From contig CAYFQH010000003.1 in NCBI GenBank assembly GCA_964345215.1, positions 4,324 through 68,323 of the forward strand: a stretch of 64,000 nt of DNA. The letters are read 5' to 3'. Positions 57,449-64,000 of the stretch are shown here, piece after piece. How positions within the stretch are numbered: the first letter of the stretch is position 1; each line of letters opens with the position of its first letter. The translations under genes and the position numbers were made by a program. The notes beneath the pieces are model-generated. The model ran no database searches and was not told where the DNA came from. It saw nothing but the letters and a program-made list of their open reading frames with translations. Source of the stretch: an uncultured Oscillospiraceae bacterium (GTDB lineage Bacteria > Bacillota > Clostridia > Christensenellales > Aristaeellaceae).

Positions 57449-58870
57449 TTGAATTCCCAGCAACCTCCCTATTCCCAAACAAACCCCTATCCTCAGGGGC
57501 AGCCTTATCCACAAAACCAGCCGGGAGGCTGGGTAAATCCGAGTGGCCAGCCTGGTACCCCTCCTCCTTTTTACGGCCAGCCTTTGCCGGGCTCAGGGGA
57601 GCAGCAACGAGTTCCTTGGCAAAACAGGCCTGGGCAACAGCCTAAAAAAAATAGAAAGAAAAAAAGAACACCCCAGGCACCTAAGAAAAAAAGAGGTTTG
57701 GGCGGTGTGCTTTTAGCTGTTTTGGTTGTAGGTATCAGCGCTTATTACATCTTAACCTCCTTGTTCCTTTTTGGAGGCAGGCAGGATTATGCCATTGTAG
57801 CCTCTGGATCCCTTGGGGATACTTATAGAGGGCAAGCCCTCATTGTACGCAATGAACAGGTCTTTAAAGAAACCGGGGTTTACAGTGTAGAATATATTGC
57901 CCAGGAAGGCAGCCAGGTCTATAGGCAAGATCCTGTTTGCAAAGTATATACCAGCAGCCATAACCAAAAAGATATTGTGGCTTTAAACGCCATTCGCCAG
58001 GACATAAAAATTCGCTTGCGGGAGTTAATCAATCAGGAAGCAAAATACGATCAAGAACTGGAAACCAAAGATGGAAACGTATTAAACAAAGTAAAAGAAG
58101 TACGCAAAATTGCCCAGGGAGCAAAGGGAAATCTGCTCAATGTTGAAGTGGATTTAGCCAACGAGATGAACGATCGCAGAAACTATTTAAAAACAGCCTT
58201 CAGTGAAGATCAGCTCCTAACCCGCTTGTATGGCGACGAGAGCAATTATGTGTCAAGGGTGAACAGCTATACAAGCAGTAAAACAGCTACCAAGCAGGGT
58301 ATTGTTAGCTTTTATACCGATGGATATGAGAGCTTGAGCACAGCCACCATGGAAGACTATAGCCCTACCCAGGTGATGGAAATGATCAATGGAAAAAAGC
58401 CTGCTTTAAGTGCTACCCAACGGGGAGAAACAGCCATTTATCGCCTGGTAGACGAAAACTTTTGGGGCGTGTTTTTATTAATTGACAACCGCCAGTGGAA
58501 CCCAGCAGCGGGGAACGTGTATAAATTAAAATTGGAACAGTTTGAAAACACCTTGGTGGATGTAAAAATCGTTTCTACCACCAAAGCAGGGGATAAATTA
58601 CTACTTAGGATGGAGGTAAACGGGCCTGTCGCCCCCGTTTTGGATATGCGTACCAGCAACGCAGAGCTGGGGGTGGATGTAGGTAGCTTGGTTGTACCTA
58701 AAAAAAGCCTTCGTACCCGAGAGGATATGACCGGTGTGGTGGTACTGGTGGACGGAGTTCGCAAAACTTTTGTACCGGTGAATGTAATCAGTGAAGCTGG
58801 GAATAATGCTTACATTACTCCTGTTACCCAGGGAATGCTTTATGAAGGGTTGACGGTATTGGTATATTAG
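57449..58870 (+). CDS. single-pass membrane protein with a P/Q/G/Y-rich disordered N-terminus and a HlyD/membrane-fusion-like ectodomain
   Basis: TTG 57449 is 7 nt after AGGAGG (alternative ATG 57431). Composition: NPYPQGQPYPQNQPGG repeats, KKNRKKKRTPQAPKKKR, TM helix LGGVLLAVLVVGISAYYIL, then a coiled-coil-like and beta-rich region. Confidence 0.6.
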   Translation: MNSQQPPYSQTNPYPQGQPYPQNQPGGWVNPSGQPGTPPPFYGQPLPGSGEQQRVPWQNRPGQQPKKNRKKKRTPQAPKKKRGLGGVLLAVLVVGISAYYILTSLFLFGGRQDYAIVASGSLGDTYRGQALIVRNEQVFKETGVYSVEYIAQEGSQVYRQDPVCKVYTSSHNQKDIVALNAIRQDIKIRLRELINQEAKYDQELETKDGNVLNKVKEVRKIAQGAKGNLLNVEVDLANEMNDRRNYLKTAFSEDQLLTRLYGDESNYVSRVNSYTSSKTATKQGIVSFYTDGYESLSTATMEDYSPTQVMEMINGKKPALSATQRGETAIYRLVDENFWGVFLLIDNRQWNPAAGNVYKLKLEQFENTLVDVKIVSTTKAGDKLLLRMEVNGPVAPVLDMRTSNAELGVDVGSLVVPKKSLRTREDMTGVVVLVDGVRKTFVPVNVISEAGNNAYITPVTQGMLYEGLTVLVY

Positions 58871-58982
58871 CCTTTCTCTGGCCTGCGTTTCTAAAAGGAA
58901 GGGGCCTTGGCAGGTTTTATGGAAAACGCCTATATAAATGCTGTATACTAAAGGATAAAGGAGAAAGAACAGGAGCAAAAAG

Positions 58983-59660
58983 ATGACAGAAGCTCGACTG
59001 CTGGAAAAAGTAGATAAAATTCATGAGTCCCTTACAAAAAATAGCGGAAAGCGCTTTGCTCCGCCTAAAATTATTGCAGTAACGAAAACCGTTGCCGTAG
59101 AGGATATTTTGCCCCTGGAAAAGGCCGGCATCACCCATGTGGGTGAAAACAGGGTACAGGAAATTGTGCGCAAAGCGCCATATTTGAATGAAAAATTTCA
59201 AATACACATGATTGGAAGGTTGCAAAGCAACAAAGTCAAGTATATAATAGATAGCGTATGCCTTATTCATTCCTTAGACCGGGTTTCCCTGGCAAAAGAG
59301 ATTAGCTACCAGGCCGAAAAAAGAAGTCTCGTGATGCCTGTATTGGTTCAGGTGAACATGGCGGGCGAGGCCCAAAAAGGCGGCTTGTCCCCAACTGAAG
59401 TAGAAGACTTTATAGATGAAGTAAAAAATTTTCCCGGCCTTTTGGTTCAAGGATTGATGGCAATGATGCCCCTGAGCGGGGAGATGGAAGAATTGCGCCC
59501 TTACTTTAAAGGGATGCGCCAGTTGTTTGATGACTTAAAAGAAAAAAACATTCCCAAGGTACAAATGAAAACCCTATCCATGGGAATGTCTGGCGATTAC
59601 CCTATTGCAGCTCAAGAAGGTGCTACGATGGTGCGCATCGGCTCTGCAATTTTTAAATAA
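58983..59660 (+). CDS. yggS: YggS/YlmE-family pyridoxal-phosphate homeostasis protein
   Basis: IIAVTKTV PLP-lysine region, GENRVQE, SMGMSGDY. Confidence 0.9.
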   Translation: MTEARLLEKVDKIHESLTKNSGKRFAPPKIIAVTKTVAVEDILPLEKAGITHVGENRVQEIVRKAPYLNEKFQIHMIGRLQSNKVKYIIDSVCLIHSLDRVSLAKEISYQAEKRSLVMPVLVQVNMAGEAQKGGLSPTEVEDFIDEVKNFPGLLVQGLMAMMPLSGEMEELRPYFKGMRQLFDDLKEKNIPKVQMKTLSMGMSGDYPIAAQEGATMVRIGSAIFK

Positions 59661-59687
59661 AAGCCTAGAAAGTAGGAGACAATGAAA

Positions 59688-60524
59688 ATGGCAATGAGTG
59701 ATTGGATTTACAAAATAAAAGATAGCTGGGACAGGGTGGTCGGCGGCTTTCTTCATGGAGATGAGGAGAGCTACCAACAGGAACCGGCCTACTATTCCGA
59801 GCAAAACGATATGAATGCCTATGGCTATGGCCAGCAAGAGGGAGAGAACGCCTACGGGTACCCTGAGCAGAGCTATGATAGCAGAGTGTCTCCTTATGCA
59901 GGCAGCTATGCCCAGCAAATGCAGGGGGAAGAGCCTGACTACGAACAGGAATATTACCAAGAACAGCCCTCTGTAGCAGATAATATTGTGGCCTTTCCCG
60001 GGGTAACGGTAGAACAGGTGATGATGCCTCAACAAGTGCCTGCCCTGGCGCAAATTATTCAATTAAAAGACAGAGAAACCTGTAAAGTGGTTATTGAAGC
60101 CTTGCGCAACAATGCTTCGGTTATGATTAACATGGAAAACATCGCCAGCGATACGGAAAAACAGCGCTGTGTGGATATGTTAGGCGGTGCAGCCTATACC
60201 CTCAACTGTCAAATTAGCAAAGTGTCGGTGAAAGGGGTTTACTTTATCAGCTCCGCTACAATGCAAATTGAAATGGACGAGGCAACCCAGCGCTTAAACG
60301 GCCTGGTTCGGGCAAGCGGTCAGGCACGGGGCGAAAACCCTTTGTACCGCAGCCAGCGCCCCCCAATGCACCGCAACGATTATACTTATGAACAGCCCAT
60401 GGCTGTAGGCTACGAACAATCCCCCTACGCGGCGCCTTATGGTAACAACCAAAATGATTATAGAGGGGTGCAACAGACTGCAGGTGGCTATGGCGCTCCT
60501 TATGCCGGAATGCCCTGGTCTTAA
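59688..60524 (+). CDS. sepF: cell division protein SepF, expanded form
   Basis: Conserved SepF core (IIQLKDRETCKVVIEALRNNASVMINMENI...QRCVDMLGGAAYTLNCQISKV) flanked by long Tyr/Gln/Glu-rich segments. ATG 59688 has the best RBS spacing. Confidence 0.85.
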   Translation: MAMSDWIYKIKDSWDRVVGGFLHGDEESYQQEPAYYSEQNDMNAYGYGQQEGENAYGYPEQSYDSRVSPYAGSYAQQMQGEEPDYEQEYYQEQPSVADNIVAFPGVTVEQVMMPQQVPALAQIIQLKDRETCKVVIEALRNNASVMINMENIASDTEKQRCVDMLGGAAYTLNCQISKVSVKGVYFISSATMQIEMDEATQRLNGLVRASGQARGENPLYRSQRPPMHRNDYTYEQPMAVGYEQSPYAAPYGNNQNDYRGVQQTAGGYGAPYAGMPWS

Positions 60525-60568
60525 ACTTATAAAAACAAGCAAACGGTTGTGCCAGGAGGCTTGAAAAA

Positions 60569-60847
60569 ATGATTTTACGATTACTGCTGCAAGTATTGCG
60601 CTTTGCTCTATATTTATTTGAACTTGTTTTGATCGTCTATACAGTGTATCCTTTGTTTTCAAAGGTACGGGGTGTATTCTATCAAACCTTGGCAACCATT
60701 TGCGAGCCGATGCTCATTCCCATTAGGAGGTTTCTATCAAAGCACCTGCCTCAAAAATGGCTGCGGGTAGATTGGTCCCCGGCGGTAGCTGTTCTCTTAT
60801 GCGGCCTTGCCAATATGCTGTTAAGTTTCATTAGCCTTGTTTTTTAA
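60569..60847 (+). CDS. yggT: YggT-family membrane protein (YlmG)
   Basis: Two-TM YGGT pattern and conserved position after sepF. Confidence 0.85.
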   Translation: MILRLLLQVLRFALYLFELVLIVYTVYPLFSKVRGVFYQTLATICEPMLIPIRRFLSKHLPQKWLRVDWSPAVAVLLCGLANMLLSFISLVF

Positions 60848-60850
60848 GCC

Positions 60851-61630
60851 ATGGGCGACTATTTAATAGAATTAGGGCTAAAAAAACGTATGGAAGAGTT
60901 GGGTTTAAAGGCTTACCACCAAAAGACAAAAACTTTTACCCGCTTTTTAACCCCGCCCCAGCAGCAGTATGCCCTTGGTTTTGGCAAACGGATTGGGGTT
61001 TTGGCAAAGGCCTTTGGCGGCTATAACCAGGCTGAACGTGCCGTAGTTGGTTTTTTGGGGGATTCAATAAGTGCCACGAAGGCCCCTTTGCCCTTTGAAG
61101 GCGTATTCCCTGTTGTTCCCTTAACCCTAACCTGGGAACGGCCCTTTAATAGTAAAATTGGTCATAGGGATGTATTGGGCGCCCTTTTAGCAACAGGCTT
61201 AGACCGAAGTTTTGTTGGGGACATCTTAGTATCTTCTGGGCAGGCAGAGGTCTTTGTTCTTTCCCCAAGTGAAAAAATTCTTCTAGGCCAATTAAAAGAC
61301 ATTGGCTCCGCCCCGGTAAAAATAGAAGAGGGACCTGGCAGGGAAGGGGAAAATCAAACCGAAATCCCAATGAAAGCAAAAAGCACCGTAGCATCCCTGC
61401 GGCTGGATGCAGTTTTAGCTGCTGCATTGAACCAAAGCAGGGAAGAGGCGGCTTTGCTGGTTCAAAGGGGATTGGTTAAAATAAATCACCTGCCAACAGA
61501 AAAAAGGGAGAAGAATATTACCTTAGGGGATATTATTTCTGTTCGAGGTTATGGTAGAATAGAGATAGCTCATATAGGCAACCCAAACAGAAAAAAGAGA
61601 ATTCCCTTATTGATGCATCTTTTTAAATAA
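60851..61630 (+). CDS. ylmH: YlmH-family RNA-binding protein (S4 domain)
   Basis: C-terminal S4 domain (LRLDAVLAAALNQSREEAALLVQRGLVKINH) and synteny. Confidence 0.85.
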   Translation: MGDYLIELGLKKRMEELGLKAYHQKTKTFTRFLTPPQQQYALGFGKRIGVLAKAFGGYNQAERAVVGFLGDSISATKAPLPFEGVFPVVPLTLTWERPFNSKIGHRDVLGALLATGLDRSFVGDILVSSGQAEVFVLSPSEKILLGQLKDIGSAPVKIEEGPGREGENQTEIPMKAKSTVASLRLDAVLAAALNQSREEAALLVQRGLVKINHLPTEKREKNITLGDIISVRGYGRIEIAHIGNPNRKKRIPLLMHLFK

Positions 61631-61653
61631 AAAAGAAACAGGAGGAGAGGACC

Positions 61654-62184
61654 ATGGCAATCACAGTGGAAATGATTGAACAAAAAGAATTTAAAACCAA
61701 AGTACGAGGTTATGATCCTATTGAAGTGGATGAGTTTTTAGATGCAATTAGCGATGAGTTAATTGCCCTACAGGATGAAATTGCATCTTTAGAACAGCAG
61801 CTTGCTCAGGCCAGGGCCCAAGGTGCCCGTCCCCAAAGGCCCGAAGTGGTTGTACCAGTAACTCCGCCTCCGGCGCCCCGTCCTCAGGTCAACCAGGCCA
61901 TGGAGAAAGAAACGGAAGAGACCTTTAGGCGGCTGCTTGTCAATGCCCAGCGGGTCAGCGATGAAACCGTTGCCGAGGCCCATGAGCGGGCTGAAAAAAT
62001 TGTTGATGAGGCTGAAAAAAAGGCCAATGATGTTCTCTCCAGCATTAAAGGTGAAAAAGAAAACCTAACCAACGAGGTAGAGGAGCTGAAACGGGCGGCT
62101 AAGGACTACCGGGATCGATTCCTGCGCCTGGTTGAGGACCAAAGCCATGTTTTAAAAGCCGAAAAGGAACTTTTTGGTGAATAA
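61654..62184 (+). CDS. divIVA: DivIVA-domain cell division protein
   Basis: N-terminal FKTKVRGYDPIEVDEFLD lipid-binding domain followed by coiled coil. Confidence 0.9.
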   Translation: MAITVEMIEQKEFKTKVRGYDPIEVDEFLDAISDELIALQDEIASLEQQLAQARAQGARPQRPEVVVPVTPPPAPRPQVNQAMEKETEETFRRLLVNAQRVSDETVAEAHERAEKIVDEAEKKANDVLSSIKGEKENLTNEVEELKRAAKDYRDRFLRLVEDQSHVLKAEKELFGE

Positions 62185-62270
62185 AAGGCTGCTGAAAAAT
62201 TGGGGCAGGATACGTAAAATTAAAAAACCCGTTGGTTTTTGACTGTAAGCGCAAAAAGCTTTTGGTTTAT

Positions 62271-62298
62271 GCCGCTGCCTAAAAGCAGTGGCTTTTTT
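62271..62298 (+). terminator. rho-independent terminator after divIVA
   Basis: GCCGCTGC-CTAAAA-GCAGTGGC followed by TTTTTT. Confidence 0.75.
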
Positions 62299-62442
62299 GT
62301 TATAACTGCAAAATAGAAAAGATAAACAAAAGGGAGAACACTTCATAAAGGAAGCGCCGGGGTTAAATGCTGCGCCGTTAGTAGTGGGTATAGGCGGCCA
62401 AAGGTTATTTCTATTCCCGGTTGCGCCCCTATCAGGCATATA

Positions 62443-62469
62443 TTCACAAGAGGTCGGTTATGATATAAT
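62443..62469 (+). promoter_or_regulatory. extended -10 promoter candidate for pdp
   Basis: TGaTATAAT (62461-62469). The -35-like TTCACA sits at only 15-nt spacing. Confidence 0.35.
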
Positions 62470-62519
62470 AAAGCATGTGTTAAAAGCAATATACTCATCA
62501 TCAAAGGAGGCAGTCCTTT

Positions 62520-63848
62520 ATGGATATGGTAAAAATTATTGAAAAGAAGAAATTGAAACAAACTCTTTTTAAAGAAGAGTTGAATTTTGTGGCTCAACAG
62601 GCCGCTCATAACAATCATATTGATTACCAGCTGGCAGCCCTTTTAATGGCGATTCGCCTAAACGGTATGACAGCCAAAGAGACCACCGACTTGACCCTGG
62701 CCATGGCTCATTCGGGAGATATGGTTGATTTAAGCGGCATAAAGGGTATTCCTGTAGATAAGCACTCTACCGGCGGCGTGGGGGATACCACAACGCTGAT
62801 TTTAGTGCCCCTTGTGGCTGCTTGCGGTGCGCCTGTGGCCAAAATGAGCGGCCGAGGCCTAGGCCATACCGGGGGCACGGTTGATAAACTGGAGAGCATT
62901 GAGGGAATGCGAGTTGAAATAAGAGAGGAGGACTTTATTAAGCAGGTGGCTCAGATTGGCTGTGCCGTGGTGGGCCAAAGCGGCAACATGGCCCCGGCAG
63001 ATAAAAAGCTTTATGCCCTAAGGGACGTAACCTCTACTGTAGACAGCCTGCCTTTAATTGCCTCCTCAATTATGAGCAAAAAGTTGGCCAGTGGAAGCAA
63101 GGGTATTGTTTTGGATGTGAAAACCGGTGCCGGTGCTTTGATGCCTACTCTTGAAGGAAGCATTGAACTGGCAAAGGCCATGGTTGATATTGGCCGCCTT
63201 TCCGGCCGGCGTACCATGGCCGTGGTAACCGATATGGACGAACCCCTAGGCTCTCACGTAGGCAATGCCTTGGAGGTAAAGGAAGCCGTGGATGTGTTAG
63301 CTGGGCGTTCGGCAGGGCCTTTGCTTGAAGTATCCCTTATTTTAGGCAGTTATATGCTCATGGTAGGGGGCGTTGCGGCAACGAAGGAAGAGGGCTATAA
63401 CAAAATGCGCAAAGCCCTTCAGGAAGGCGAGGGCCTTAAAAAGTTAAAGGAAATGATTCAGGCTCAGGGCGGAAACGAAAAAATTTGTGATGATACTTCC
63501 CTGTTACCCCAAGCCCCTGTGCAGTTACCTGTATGGGCAGAGGAAGAAGGCTATGTACAGCAGATGAATACCATAGAACTGGGGTTCATTGCTCAGGAGC
63601 TGGGGGCCGGGCGCAAGGAAAAAGATGATGTGATTAATCCTGCCGTAGGTTTTGTGCTGCACAAACGTATTGGCCAGCTCATAAAGGTGGGGGAGAAACT
63701 GGCTACAATATACGCTGCTAATGAAAAAGATGGAGAAAAAGGAGCCGAAGCTTTAAAAAAAGCAGTTAAAATTGGAAAAGAACGTATTGAACCCAAGCCT
63801 TTGGTGCTTGCCTTGATAAAAGAAGATGGAACCAGGGAAATGGATTAA
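62520..63848 (+). CDS. pdp: pyrimidine-nucleoside (thymidine) phosphorylase
   Basis: DKHSTGGVGD and SGRGLGHTGGT motifs. Confidence 0.95.
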   Translation: MDMVKIIEKKKLKQTLFKEELNFVAQQAAHNNHIDYQLAALLMAIRLNGMTAKETTDLTLAMAHSGDMVDLSGIKGIPVDKHSTGGVGDTTTLILVPLVAACGAPVAKMSGRGLGHTGGTVDKLESIEGMRVEIREEDFIKQVAQIGCAVVGQSGNMAPADKKLYALRDVTSTVDSLPLIASSIMSKKLASGSKGIVLDVKTGAGALMPTLEGSIELAKAMVDIGRLSGRRTMAVVTDMDEPLGSHVGNALEVKEAVDVLAGRSAGPLLEVSLILGSYMLMVGGVAATKEEGYNKMRKALQEGEGLKKLKEMIQAQGGNEKICDDTSLLPQAPVQLPVWAEEEGYVQQMNTIELGFIAQELGAGRKEKDDVINPAVGFVLHKRIGQLIKVGEKLATIYAANEKDGEKGAEALKKAVKIGKERIEPKPLVLALIKEDGTREMD

Positions 63849-64000
63849 GGCATTATTGCATACCAAGACATACTTATGGAAGGCCTTTCAGGCCCCTTAT
63901 AAAGAACAGGGAGTTGATGGTAGGGAAGAGAACCAGTAGAAGGGCTTAGAAACAGGTATGGAGACTGTATTGAGCATAAGGGTTGATTAAAGTGATCATG

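Noticed and set aside
59574-60062. 162-aa antisense ORF opposite the 5' part of sepF.
   Set aside because: It is an artefact of the low-complexity GA/CT-rich repeat coding for the SepF linker. It has no RBS and its predicted product is an implausible His/Leu/Arg-rich peptide.
1-64000. Searched for CRISPR arrays, IS or transposase genes, integrases, toxin-antitoxin pairs, restriction-modification or other defence genes, and rRNA genes.
   Set aside because: None seen. I saw no clustered direct repeats with spacers and no long terminal inverted repeats. Apart from one membrane-anchored repeat protein of unknown function (15202..16323), all long ORFs are accounted for by housekeeping or metabolic functions.

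Overview
This window is a chromosomal core region of a Gram-positive anaerobe. The gene content looks Firmicutes/Clostridia-like: rubrerythrin, rubredoxin, flavodoxin, Fe-S L-serine dehydratase and a split gcvPA/gcvPB. I found no mobile elements, CRISPR arrays, prophage genes or recognisable defence islands, and nearly all of it is housekeeping.

Gene order:
- 1-3.0 kb: tail of a PASTA Ser/Thr kinase, then rsgA, rpe and a DUF1273/SLOG protein.
- 3.0-5.0 kb: an XRE-type repressor on the minus strand, then a Fur/PerR-like regulator and rubrerythrin.
- 5.4-8.5 kb: a CUT1-type sugar ABC importer (binding protein plus two permeases, no ATPase).
- 8.5-11.5 kb: sdaAA/sdaAB on the minus strand, a HAD hydrolase, rubredoxin (below the ORF-track size cut-off) and a PPC/DUF296 protein.
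- 11.8-16.3 kb: a large alpha/beta-hydrolase fused to a polytopic membrane domain, a phosphoribosyltransferase, cvpA and a membrane-anchored repeat protein.
- 16.6-24.1 kb: gcvT-gcvH-gcvPA-gcvPB-lplA-lpdA, then a ZIP metal transporter.
- 24.5-31.2 kb: a glycoside-utilisation block (GH1, GH13, GH36, GPH symporter).
- 31.4-34.9 kb: flavodoxin, a GT2 glycosyltransferase, tdk, tRNA-Gly(CCC) and tuf.
- 35.4-51.2 kb: the complete S10-spc-alpha ribosomal cluster, rpsJ to rplQ, including secY, adk, map, infA, rpmJ and rpoA.
- 51.3-56.2 kb: lspA, rluD, ireB, an aldo/keto-reductase-ferredoxin fusion, a ruvX::DUF1292 fusion and aspartokinase.
- 56.3-63.8 kb: an RsbW-like protein, a sigma factor and a P/Q-rich HlyD-like membrane protein, then yggS(ylmE)-sepF-yggT-ylmH-divIVA and pdp.

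The items most worth a second look:
- The orphan sigma module, with a degenerate (apparently non-kinase) RsbW-like partner and a disordered-tail membrane protein, placed next to the division cluster.
- The in-frame ruvX-DUF1292 fusion, and the Fe-S oxidoreductase wedged between ireB and ruvX.
- The hydrolase-polytopic membrane fusion.
- An SBP gene whose only plausible start codon is ATA.
- Several candidate operators and structured leaders (Fur-family box, flavodoxin palindrome, rpsJ and rpsM leaders).

I see no convincing evidence of a wholly new multi-gene system. All functional calls rest on motif and synteny recognition by eye, not on database searches.
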